A DNA stretch of 64,000 bases, from assembly GCA_021778635.1 (NCBI GenBank), contig JAJYCD010000002.1, forward strand, positions 13,970-77,969, in the 5' to 3' direction. A program made the translations under genes and the position numbers. The stretch is from Actinomycetes bacterium (GTDB taxonomy: Bacteria; Actinomycetota; Actinomycetes; Actinomycetales; Cellulomonadaceae). The notes under the pieces were generated by a model. It was not told the origin of the DNA, did no database searches, and saw only the letters and a program-made list of their open reading frames with translations. Below, piece after piece: positions 11,443 through 19,780 of the stretch (position 1 is its first letter; every line of letters starts with the position of its first letter).

Positions 11443-12615
11443 GTGGAGGGCCAGGTCGGAGGCGCGCGGACCCGCAGGCGCGTGAGCAGACGGCGGATCT
11501 GGGTGCGTCGCACGGGCGTGGTCATGGTGCTCCCGCTGGCGTGGCTGTCCTGGTCGGTCGGTGGTGTCCTCATGGCGCCGGGCACGGACACGGTGACCGC
11601 AAGGCTCGCAGAATGGGCGCGGTTCCACGGGATGGGCGGGGTCGTGAGCGAGCTCGAGCGGATCCAGTACCAGCTCTCCCCCCCGAAGGTCGGCGGCGCG
11701 CTCGCCGGTGCGATCCCGACCGAGACACCCGTGACCGCGGTGCCGAGCCCGCTGCCGACGGCTCAGCCGACCGCTCAGGTCTTCGGCGTGCCGACCGGTC
11801 TGCAGCCGATCGCCACCCAGACCCAGCCCGCTCTGCCGGGTGAGGGTCAGTGGCAACCGTTGGTGACGCTGCACGGCAGGCCGGCGATCCAGGCGGCGTT
11901 CCTGCGTCCGGATGCCCTGCACACGAGCTACCTCACCGGCGTGACGGTGATCGACCAGTCGCTGCTGAAGATGGAGCTGCACCCCGGCTACCAGGTCCCC
12001 GGCGGCACCGGGTGGCTCCAGCCGTCCCAGGTGCCGACGAGCGAGCGCGACGCTCTGGTCGCGACGTTCAACTCCGGCTTCCGGATGGAAGACTCGCGGG
12101 GCGGCTACTGGCAGGACGGGCAGACGGGCGTCCCGCTGCGGACCGGTGCCGCGTCGATGGTCATCTACAAGGACGGCCACGCCGACGTCGTGGCCTGGGG
12201 CGGGGGTGCGCCCGGCCCCGACGTGGTCGCCGTCCGCCAGAACCTGGACCTTCTCGTGAACAACGGCACCCTCGCGGCGGACATCGACAGCACCACCACC
12301 CGGACCTGGGGCAAGACCGTCGGCAACGCCACCTACGTGTGGCGCACGGCACTGGGCATCCGCGCCGACGGGTCTCTCGTGTTCGTCGCCGGGAACGCCC
12401 TCTCGGTGCGCACGCTGGCCACGATCGCACGCGACGCGGGTGCGGTCCGGGCCATGGAGATGGACATCAACAAGGCCTGGACCAACTTCATCACGTACAC
12501 CCACCCGAGCCCCGGCATCGCGGTGCCGCACATGCTCACGGCCGACGAGCAGCCGAACCCGAGCCGGTACCTGCAGCCCTCGACGCGCGACTTCGTCGCC
12601 GTCCTCGCTCGATGA
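11443..12615 (+). CDS. phosphodiester glycosidase (DUF2233/NAGPA-like) family protein, membrane-anchored
   Basis: About 390 aa from GTG 11443, with GGAGGAG 12 nt upstream; the start is uncertain. It has an N-terminal TM segment (VVMVLPLAWLSWSVGGVLMA) and a C-terminal DGSLVFVAGNALSVRTLATIARDAGAVRAMEMDIN motif. Confidence 0.7.
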   Translation: MEGQVGGARTRRRVSRRRIWVRRTGVVMVLPLAWLSWSVGGVLMAPGTDTVTARLAEWARFHGMGGVVSELERIQYQLSPPKVGGALAGAIPTETPVTAVPSPLPTAQPTAQVFGVPTGLQPIATQTQPALPGEGQWQPLVTLHGRPAIQAAFLRPDALHTSYLTGVTVIDQSLLKMELHPGYQVPGGTGWLQPSQVPTSERDALVATFNSGFRMEDSRGGYWQDGQTGVPLRTGAASMVIYKDGHADVVAWGGGAPGPDVVAVRQNLDLLVNNGTLAADIDSTTTRTWGKTVGNATYVWRTALGIRADGSLVFVAGNALSVRTLATIARDAGAVRAMEMDINKAWTNFITYTHPSPGIAVPHMLTADEQPNPSRYLQPSTRDFVAVLAR

Positions 12616-13127
12616 CCCGCCTCCACGGCCTGGACGTCGACGCCGTCGTCCAGGTCCAAGGGCGCCTGTCCGGGGCCGGCTTCCTGCAAGGCGCGCGCCT
12701 CCTCAGCGCCTTCGGCGAGCACGCCTGGGGATGGACGGCGATCTGCCTGGCGGGCGCCGCTGTCGACCGGGAACGACGGGGGGACTGGCTGCGCGCCACG
12801 GCCGCGGTGGTCGGTGCCCACGGCGTGAGCATCGCGCTCAAGCGGCTCGTGCGCCGCCACCGCCCGGACGACGAGCGGGTCCGCGTCCACGGCACGACGT
12901 CGAGCGACTGGAGCTTCCCGTCGTCCCATGCGGCATCGACCACGGCTGCCGCGGTCGCCTGCTCGCGTCTTCTCGGGCGCCGCTGGCCCTGGGCGGTCGT
13001 GCCCGCGATGATGGTGAGCCGGGTTGCCCTCGGCGTCCACTACCCGGGTGACGTCGCGGCCGGTGGGGTCATCGGCGCGGTCCTCGGTCGTTGGCTCGTC
13101 CCCGCGCGAGTCGATCCCCTCGCGTGA
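12612..13127 (+). CDS. PAP2 phosphatase, probable decaprenylphosphoryl-5-phosphoribose phosphatase (Rv3807c-like)
   Basis: 171 aa with an ATGA overlap with the upstream gene. It has the PAP2 signature KRLVRRHRP ... PSSH ... SRVALGVHYPGDV and lies immediately upstream of the UbiA-type DPPR synthase. Confidence 0.8.
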   Translation: MTRLHGLDVDAVVQVQGRLSGAGFLQGARLLSAFGEHAWGWTAICLAGAAVDRERRGDWLRATAAVVGAHGVSIALKRLVRRHRPDDERVRVHGTTSSDWSFPSSHAASTTAAAVACSRLLGRRWPWAVVPAMMVSRVALGVHYPGDVAAGGVIGAVLGRWLVPARVDPLA

Positions 13128-13990
13128 GGCGCGCGCGGATCCTGCTCCGGGCCTGCCGGCCCCGGCAGTGGACGAAGAACGTCCTGGTGCTGACCGCGCC
13201 TGTCGTCGGTGGGGTCGCGCTCGACCCACGGGCTCTCGTGGCGATGTTCGGTGCGGTGGCGGCGTTCTCGCTCGCGGCATCCGGTATCTACCTGGTCAAC
13301 GACGCCATCGACGTCGAGGTCGACCGCACCCATCCGTCGAAGCGCAGGCGCCCGATCGCCTCCGGAGCACTGTCGATCCGCGCCGCGTGGACGGCCGCAG
13401 CGGTACTGCTGCCCGCCGCCATCGCCATATCCGCGCTGCTCGGATGGCAGCTCGTGGTCGTGGTCGCGGTCTACGAAGCGGTGCAGCTCTGGTACTGCCT
13501 CGGGATGAAGCACGAGCCGGTCGTCGAGCTCGTCAGCGTCGCCTCCGGCTTCCTGCTGCGCGCGATCGCCGGCGGCGTCGCGACCCACGTCGCTCTCTCG
13601 CAGTGGTTCCTCATCGCTGCGGGCTTCGGGTCACTGTTCATGGCGGGCGGGAAGCGGTACGCGGAGATGCGCTCGAGCGAGACGACGGGCGAACCAGGAC
13701 GACCGGTGCTCGCCCGCTACACGTCGTCGTACCTCCGGTTCGTGTGGACGCTGTCGGCCGGGGTGCTCGTGACCACGTACGCGCTGTGGGCATTCGCGAT
13801 CCAGGATGCGACGGCCAACGAGTGGAGTGTCATCTCGATCGTGCCCTTCGTGATGGCACTGCTGAGGTATGCCGTCGACGTCGACAGCGGCGCCGCCGGC
13901 GAGCCGGAGGAGGTCGTCCTCCACGACCGGGTGCTCCTGGCGCTCGGTGCCGCGTGGGCCGCGTGCCTGATCGGCTCGGTGTACGTCTAG
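13124..13990 (+). CDS. decaprenyl-phosphate phosphoribosyltransferase (UbiA family, Rv3806c-like)
   Basis: 288 aa from GTG 13124 (GTGA overlap; alternative start at 13091). Motifs: RPRQWTKNVLV and the Asp-rich NDAIDVEVDRTHPSKRRRPIASG. The protein is polytopic. Confidence 0.85.
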   Translation: MRRARILLRACRPRQWTKNVLVLTAPVVGGVALDPRALVAMFGAVAAFSLAASGIYLVNDAIDVEVDRTHPSKRRRPIASGALSIRAAWTAAAVLLPAAIAISALLGWQLVVVVAVYEAVQLWYCLGMKHEPVVELVSVASGFLLRAIAGGVATHVALSQWFLIAAGFGSLFMAGGKRYAEMRSSETTGEPGRPVLARYTSSYLRFVWTLSAGVLVTTYALWAFAIQDATANEWSVISIVPFVMALLRYAVDVDSGAAGEPEEVVLHDRVLLALGAAWAACLIGSVYV

Positions 13991-14070
13991 CGACCGAGGC
14001 CGACCGAGGCGACAACCCATCGCGACCCCGTGGCGCGCCCATCACGCCGGAAGTCGGGACGCGGTGCCGG

Positions 14071-14832
14071 TCAGATCGGCAGTCGGCGCAGCACGACCCG
14101 AGGCAGGTGCCGCAGCCCGGACATCACCCACCGCATCGCGCTCGGCGCCCACACGCGGTCCCTCCCGGCGCGCAGACCTTCGACGACCACGGCCGCGACC
14201 TCGTCCGCCGTCTGCGACAACGGCGCCGGTCGGAGCCCGGCCGTCATCCTCGTCCGGACGAACCCCGGACGCACGACGATCACCTCGACCCCGTCCGGCG
14301 CGACGGCGTCGCCGAGGCCGGTGAAGAACGCATCCATGCCGGCCTTCGTCGAGCCGTACACGAAGTTCGACCGACGCGGAAGCTCCCCCGCTACCGAGGA
14401 GAACGCCACGACCGTGCCGTGGCCCTGCGCCCGCATCCGCTCCGCCACCAGCACACCGCAGCCGACCGCAGCCGTGTAGTTCACCTGGGTCATCTCGAGA
14501 GCGGCATCGAGGTCCTGCCACGCGCGCTCCTGGTCGCCCAGCACGCCGAACGCGATCAGCACGACGTCGACGTCACGACCGACGTCGAACGTCGCGCCGA
14601 TCGCGCGCTCGTACGAGGTGCGGTCCATGACGTCCAGGTCGATCTCGGTCACCGTGAGGCCGCGTCCCCGCAGACCGGACGCCGCGTCGGCGCGGCGCGT
14701 CCCCGGTCGTGCCGCGAGCGTCACCTCCGCGTCGGCGCGCCCTTCGGTGAGCCTCCGGACGGTCGCCAGGGCGATCTCCGACGCGCCTCCCAGCACCAGG
14801 ATCCGTTGCACGTTGCCGATCGCGTCCTTCAC
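14071..14832 (-). CDS. dprE2: decaprenylphospho-beta-D-erythro-pentofuranosid-2-ulose 2-reductase (SDR)
   Basis: 253 aa. The GTG at 14832 overlaps the dprE1 stop (GTGA). SDR motifs: LVLGGASEIA and YGSTKAG. The longer track ORF extends upstream into dprE1. Confidence 0.85.
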   Translation of the reverse strand: MKDAIGNVQRILVLGGASEIALATVRRLTEGRADAEVTLAARPGTRRADAASGLRGRGLTVTEIDLDVMDRTSYERAIGATFDVGRDVDVVLIAFGVLGDQERAWQDLDAALEMTQVNYTAAVGCGVLVAERMRAQGHGTVVAFSSVAGELPRRSNFVYGSTKAGMDAFFTGLGDAVAPDGVEVIVVRPGFVRTRMTAGLRPAPLSQTADEVAAVVVEGLRAGRDRVWAPSAMRWVMSGLRHLPRVVLRRLPI

Positions 14833-16211
14833 AGGTCGAGTCTCCTTGCCAGGTCCGAGGTGAACACTCCGCGCGGGTCGGCCTCGGCGCGCACGGCGCG
14901 CCACTCGTCCAGTCGCGGGTACATCTGTGCCACGGCCGAGGCCGGTAGACGGGAGTCCTTCGCCAGGTAGAACCGTCCACCGGCCGCGAGCACCTCGGCA
15001 TCGAGGCGGTCCAGCAGGCCGCCGAGGTCGGCCGCGCCGAGCGGCAGGTCGAGCGCAAGCGTCCAGCCAGGGGTCGGGAACGACAGGTGGCCGTCGCCCG
15101 CCGCACCGAACCGCTTGAGCACCGCGAGGAACGACGCCAGACCGGACGCACTCAGCAGCTCGAGCGTCCGTCGGAGCGTGTCCTCGGCGCCGAACGGCAC
15201 CACGAACTGGTACTGCAGGAAGCCACGAGGTCCGTAGACGCGGTTCCACTCCCCGACGCCGTCGAGCGGGTGGAAGAAGCTCGCGATGCCCTGCACCTCA
15301 CCCCGCCGCACGCGCGGCGCCTTGCGGAACCAGACCTCGTTGAACGCGGTCACGGTGCTGCGGTTCAGCAGTCCGCTGGGGAAGACGGGCGGCGCGACGG
15401 CGAGCTGGCGAGGGCGGAACTCCGTCGCCCGGGGTTGCAGCCGCGACGGTAGCTGGTCGCGCCTGGCCGACCAGCCACGCGTCAGGACGGACCTACCCAG
15501 CGACGACCCGCGCGCCAGGCAGTCGATCCACGCCACGGAGTACGTGTACCCGTCATCACCCTCGGTCATCCGCGCGAGCAGGTCGTCGAGATCGTCGCAG
15601 CGCTCGGTGTCGACGACGCAGTAGGCCGACTCCACCGGGGTCAGCCGGAGCGTCGCGCGCAGAATGACGCCCGTGAGCCCCATGCCGCCGACGGTGGCCC
15701 AGAAGAGCGGCTCGTGCGGCGTGAGTCGTCTGATGCTGCCGTCGGCGAGCAGCAGGTCGATCGAGGTGACGTGCTGCCCGAAGCTGCCGTCGACGTGGTG
15801 GTTCTTCCCGTGGATGTCCGCGGCGATCGCGCCGCCGACGGTCACGTACCGCGTCCCCGGCGTGACCGGCACGAAGAGGCCCAGAGGAAGGAGCACTCGC
15901 ATGAGCCGATCGAGACTGGCGCCCGCCTCGACCTCCACCACGGCGTCCTCGACGTCGATGCGGAGAACGCGGTCGCGCGACGTCAGGTCGAGCACGACTC
16001 CCCCGGCGTTCTGCGCGGCGTCCCCGTAGCTGCGCCCGAGCCCGCGCGCGAGCACGCCACGTCCGGTCGCGCCGACGACCTGCTGACTCATGGTCTCGTC
16101 TTCGCCGGCCGAGACCACGGTCGCGACGCTCGGACTGGTCTTCCCCCAGCCGGTCAGCGCGCGGCGACTGCCCACTGCTCCTCCTCCACCCAGCGCTCCG
16201 CCCCGGAGCAC
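14829..16211 (-). CDS. dprE1: decaprenylphosphoryl-beta-D-ribose oxidase (FAD-dependent)
   Basis: 460 aa. Motifs: LTGWGKTSPS, ARGLGRSYGDAAQN, FLQYQFVVP, LSFPTPGWTLALDLP and the C-terminal FTSDLARRLDL, collinear with mycobacterial DprE1. Confidence 0.9.
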   Translation of the reverse strand: MLRGGALGGGGAVGSRRALTGWGKTSPSVATVVSAGEDETMSQQVVGATGRGVLARGLGRSYGDAAQNAGGVVLDLTSRDRVLRIDVEDAVVEVEAGASLDRLMRVLLPLGLFVPVTPGTRYVTVGGAIAADIHGKNHHVDGSFGQHVTSIDLLLADGSIRRLTPHEPLFWATVGGMGLTGVILRATLRLTPVESAYCVVDTERCDDLDDLLARMTEGDDGYTYSVAWIDCLARGSSLGRSVLTRGWSARRDQLPSRLQPRATEFRPRQLAVAPPVFPSGLLNRSTVTAFNEVWFRKAPRVRRGEVQGIASFFHPLDGVGEWNRVYGPRGFLQYQFVVPFGAEDTLRRTLELLSASGLASFLAVLKRFGAAGDGHLSFPTPGWTLALDLPLGAADLGGLLDRLDAEVLAAGGRFYLAKDSRLPASAVAQMYPRLDEWRAVRAEADPRGVFTSDLARRLDL

Positions 16212-16238
16212 GACGATCGTCGCAGAAGAGTCTGAGGA

Positions 16239-16251
16239 GATTCTCAGAATC
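16239..16251. promoter_or_regulatory. 13-nt perfect palindrome GATTCTCAGAATC in the dprE1 / coiled-coil-gene divergent intergenic region
   Basis: Read directly from the sequence. It sits in a locally low-GC patch (gaagagtctgaggagattctcagaatcctc), 28 nt upstream of the dprE1 start. The function is unknown. Confidence 0.25.
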
Positions 16252-16380
16252 CTCGGCGGCGGTGATCCCGGTGATCGCCAGGGCCATGTGCAATAGTGCC
16301 GAACGGTCAGGATCTGCTGGTCGCAAGCGCGTCACCCTGTCGTTTGACGGGCCTGCTTGCACTACCCGAGGTGTGAACCG

Positions 16381-17736
16381 ATGCGGCAACCCCCCGTGCG
16401 ATGGTCACTGGGTCGACGCCTGCTCGGGGTCGGCGCGACCGTCCTCGTCGGTCTCACCGCGGTCGCCGGCCCGGCGATGGCCGACAGCTACGACGCTCAA
16501 CGGCAGAGCCTCGAAGCCCAGCTCCAGCAGGCCACCCAGGCCGCCGACCAGCTCGCCGCGGCGCTGCAGTCGGTGAACAGCCAGCTCACCCAGGCCCAGG
16601 ACCAGCTGCAGACGACGCAGTCGCGCCTCACCACGGCGCAGGCCGATCTCCGCACCGCCCAGGACACGCTCGCGACCTCTCAGCGCGAGGAGGTGCTCAT
16701 CGCCAACCGCCTCCAGGACGCCCAGGCGCAGGTGACCACGCTCACCGCCAAGATCAGCGCAGACGCGAGCCAGACGGCCAAGGCACATGCGGCCATCGGG
16801 CAGATGGCCCGTCAGGCGTACCAGGACCGGGGGTCGACGAGCACGATCGGACTGGTGCTCGGCGCCCAGAGCACGCAGGATGCCGTCGACCAGTTCGCGA
16901 TGGTCTCGACCGGCCTCCGAATCCAGGCCGCCGCGCTCTCGCAGCTCCGCCAGGTCGACGCCGAGAACGCGAACGACCAGGCTCGACTGGGCGCCGTCCA
17001 CGACCTGATCGCCGCACTCAAGGCGGAGGCGGACAAGAAGCTCGCGGACGCCGCCTCCGCAGAGACCGTCGCCGCCACGAAGACCGCGGAGATCCAGACG
17101 CTCGTCGCCGTTCAGACGACCCAGGTGGCCTCGGTGACGGCTCTACGGGCGACCTACGTGAACGAGCAGGCGCAGAATGCGACCGAGCGTCAGGTGATCT
17201 CTCGCTCGCTCGCCGACATCATCGCCAAGCAGCAGGCCGCGCGAGCGGCCGCCGGTCAGGCCACCAGCTGCAGCGCCGGCTCGCCCGCCGGGGGCGGGCC
17301 CGGAGCGGCTCTGCCGAGCAGCATCGGCCGGTTCTCGGGTCAGCAGATCGTCAACGCCGCCCAGGTCATCATCGCCGCGAACGACCTCGGTATCGGCCTC
17401 CGTGGCCAGTCGATCGGCATGATGACCGCGATCGGCGAGTCGAACCTGGTGAACGTCAACTACGGCGACCTCGCCGGCCCGGACAGCCGGGGTCTCTTCC
17501 AGCAACGCGCCAACGGCGCGTGGGGCTCGTACGCCGACCGGATGAACCCACGGATCGCTGCGACCAACTTCTTCAGAGCCCTGCTGGGCGTACCCGGATG
17601 GCAGACGATGGCGCCGACTCTGGCCGCCCACGCGGTGCAGCGCAACGCCGACCCGTACTACTACACGCCGTACTGGAACGAGGGCGTCCAGATCGTCGGA
17701 GTCCTCAGCGGCTACCCGAACCTGTCGTGCCAGTGA
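16381..17736 (+). CDS. secreted coiled-coil protein with a C-terminal lytic-transglycosylase-like domain
   Basis: 451 aa from ATG 16381, with GAGGTG upstream. It has a signal peptide ending AGPAMA/DS and about 250 aa of Q/A/L-rich heptad-like coiled coil. The C-terminus reads AIGESNLVNV...SRGLFQQR...RMNPRIAATNFF...AAHAVQRNADPYYY, resembling ES...GLxQ muramidase motifs. Confidence 0.6.
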   Translation: MRQPPVRWSLGRRLLGVGATVLVGLTAVAGPAMADSYDAQRQSLEAQLQQATQAADQLAAALQSVNSQLTQAQDQLQTTQSRLTTAQADLRTAQDTLATSQREEVLIANRLQDAQAQVTTLTAKISADASQTAKAHAAIGQMARQAYQDRGSTSTIGLVLGAQSTQDAVDQFAMVSTGLRIQAAALSQLRQVDAENANDQARLGAVHDLIAALKAEADKKLADAASAETVAATKTAEIQTLVAVQTTQVASVTALRATYVNEQAQNATERQVISRSLADIIAKQQAARAAAGQATSCSAGSPAGGGPGAALPSSIGRFSGQQIVNAAQVIIAANDLGIGLRGQSIGMMTAIGESNLVNVNYGDLAGPDSRGLFQQRANGAWGSYADRMNPRIAATNFFRALLGVPGWQTMAPTLAAHAVQRNADPYYYTPYWNEGVQIVGVLSGYPNLSCQ

Positions 17737-18937
17737 GCGCGACCGCGGCGCCTCGTGTCTCCGGCATGGCCACGGTCGTGGCAACCGCGAGCACCGAGAC
17801 GGCAGCGGTCGCGAGGAAGGCCACCTCGAAGGACGCCGCGTCCACGAGGGCGCCGGCCACGAGTGGGCCGATGAACGCGCCCGCGTCCGAGGCCATCTGG
17901 AAGGCCGCGACCGGTGCACCGCCGCGACCATGGATGACGTCACCGACGACGGCCGAGGTGGACACGCCCAGCAGCGCCGATCCTGCTCCGTACAGGGCCA
18001 TGGCGAGGAGGAACTGCGGTGCGCCACCGGCTAGCGCCATGGTGACGGCAGCGAGCAGCGCGATCGCCGCCCCCGCGCGCAGGTAGGGTCGGCGTCCGCG
18101 CGTGTCGACCACGCGGCCGACCGGGACGAGCGCCAGCGCCTGCACCACCGCGGAGACGACGAGGCCGGCGCCCGTCCACGACGCCCCCAGCCGAAGACCC
18201 TCGACGACGAACAGCGGCACCAGCGAGGAGCGGACGCCGACGACTCCCCAGCCGACGGCGAAGTTGTTCACGACCGCAGCCCGGTAGGCGGAGCTGCGCA
18301 GAGCGGCGCCCAACGGGGTGGGAGGACGGTCCGCGCTACCGGCTGCCACCTCGTGCGCACGCAGCGACGTCCGTGCCAGGAACACGGTCGCCACGGTGCC
18401 GGCCACCAGCAGCGTGACGGCGTACACGAAGAACGGTGCGCGCAGCGACCATGCGGTCAACGGGCCACCGAACGCCGGTCCGGCGATCCCCCCGAGAAGA
18501 AACCCTGTCTGGTACGTCCCCGTCGCTCGACCGCGCTGCTCCGGCGCCACCACCCTGAGCAGGAGCGCGAACGAGGACACGGTGAACATCGCCGAGCCGA
18601 ACCCGCCGATGCCTCGCAGGACGAGGAGCTGCACATAGCTCCCGGAGAGCCCGGCCAACAGGCTCGAGATGCCGACGATCCCGATCCCGGCTGCGAGCAC
18701 GATGCGCTCCCCCAGCCGATTGACCATCCGCCCCGCCACTGGCGCGGAGACGAACCGCACGAGCGCGAAGACCGAGATGACCGCGCTGGCCGCGAAGTTG
18801 GTGACGCCGAAGTCCTTCGCGAACAACGGGATCGCCGGCGCCACGATGCCGAAGCCGAGGGCGACGGAGAAGGCCACGGCCGTGAGGACCGCGACCTCGG
18901 GCGGGAGAGATCGGAACGGGCTGCGTAGGTGGCGCAT
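17705..18937 (-). CDS. MFS transporter
   Basis: 410 aa with about 12 TM segments. It has the MFS loop motif GRMVNRLGERIV. Its 3' end overlaps the convergent gene by 32 nt. Confidence 0.85.
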   Translation of the reverse strand: MRHLRSPFRSLPPEVAVLTAVAFSVALGFGIVAPAIPLFAKDFGVTNFAASAVISVFALVRFVSAPVAGRMVNRLGERIVLAAGIGIVGISSLLAGLSGSYVQLLVLRGIGGFGSAMFTVSSFALLLRVVAPEQRGRATGTYQTGFLLGGIAGPAFGGPLTAWSLRAPFFVYAVTLLVAGTVATVFLARTSLRAHEVAAGSADRPPTPLGAALRSSAYRAAVVNNFAVGWGVVGVRSSLVPLFVVEGLRLGASWTGAGLVVSAVVQALALVPVGRVVDTRGRRPYLRAGAAIALLAAVTMALAGGAPQFLLAMALYGAGSALLGVSTSAVVGDVIHGRGGAPVAAFQMASDAGAFIGPLVAGALVDAASFEVAFLATAAVSVLAVATTVAMPETRGAAVALTGTTGSGSR

Positions 18938-19001
18938 ACGATCGTCTATCTTTCCAGATCAGCAGGGATGCGCGGGCAACTCGGTACCCTCGGGCCTGGA
19001 C

Positions 19002-19709
19002 GTGCGCCCGGCCGCTCCACCCCGCTCGTCGACCCTCCGGAGGTTCACCGTGGTCCTCTTCCTGACCGTTCTCAGCGGGGTCGCGTGGACCGTCGTCTAC
19101 GTCGACGCGATCAGGGTCGGCCTGCGCGCCCGGACGTACGCCATGCCGGTGGCCGCTCTCGCGCTCAACATCGCCTGGGAGGCGATCTACGCGGTCCACG
19201 GTGTGGCGACGGATCTGTCGGCGCAGGCAGTCATCAACGTGGTCTGGACGGTGGCCGACGTCATGATCGTCACCACGTTCCTCCGCTTCGGACGACGCGA
19301 GCTACCCGAGTTCGTCTCGCGCGCGATGTTCCTCGCCTGGGCTTCCGGGATGCTGCTGACCGCGTTCGTGGTGCAGGCGCTGTTCATCGGTGAGTTCGGC
19401 TGGGACAACGGCTCCGGCTACGCCGCATTTCTCCAGAACCTGCTCATGTCTGGTCTGTTCATCGCCATGTTCGTCGGGCGGCGCGGGGCACGCGGCCAGA
19501 CCCTCGTCATCGCGATCGGGAAGTGGATCGGCACACTCGCGCCGACGATCGCCTTCGGCGCGCTCGGTCACAGCGTGTTCGTCCTCGGCGTCGGCCTGCT
19601 GTGCAGCATGTTCGACATCGCGTACATCGGCCTGCTGCTGTGGGCACGGGCCGCGCCAACAGCGCTCATCGAGCACGCGTCGGCCGAGCAGGCGCCGACC
19701 GCGGCCTGA
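19002..19709 (+). CDS. polytopic membrane protein of unknown function (possible Pyr4/PaxB-like transmembrane cyclase fold)
   Basis: About 235 aa from GTG 19002, with 6-7 hydrophobic segments and the motif RARTYAMPVAALALNIAWEAIYA. The upstream part of the track ORF (from 18669) is antisense to the MFS gene. Confidence 0.55.
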   Translation: MRPAAPPRSSTLRRFTVVLFLTVLSGVAWTVVYVDAIRVGLRARTYAMPVAALALNIAWEAIYAVHGVATDLSAQAVINVVWTVADVMIVTTFLRFGRRELPEFVSRAMFLAWASGMLLTAFVVQALFIGEFGWDNGSGYAAFLQNLLMSGLFIAMFVGRRGARGQTLVIAIGKWIGTLAPTIAFGALGHSVFVLGVGLLCSMFDIAYIGLLLWARAAPTALIEHASAEQAPTAA

Positions 19710-19719
19710 GCGACGACGC

Positions 19720-19754
19720 GCGTCGGCCCCCGCGGTGGGAGCGGGGGCCGACGC
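19720..19754. terminator. bidirectional intrinsic-terminator-like hairpin between convergent genes
   Basis: A 14-bp perfect GC-rich stem (gcgtcggcccccgc / gcgggggccgacgc) with the 7-nt loop ggtggga. It lies 11 nt after the 19709 stop and 27 nt after the 19781 stop. There is no U-tract. Confidence 0.55.
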
Positions 19755-19780
19755 ACGAACGATCGGGGCGAGCGCAGGTC

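Noticed and set aside
13991-14010. Tandem 10-nt duplication cgaccgaggc x2 immediately after the UbiA-type gene stop.
   Set aside because: It is only two short copies in a convergent intergenic region. It forms no hairpin and is not found elsewhere, so it is probably a trivial slippage duplication.
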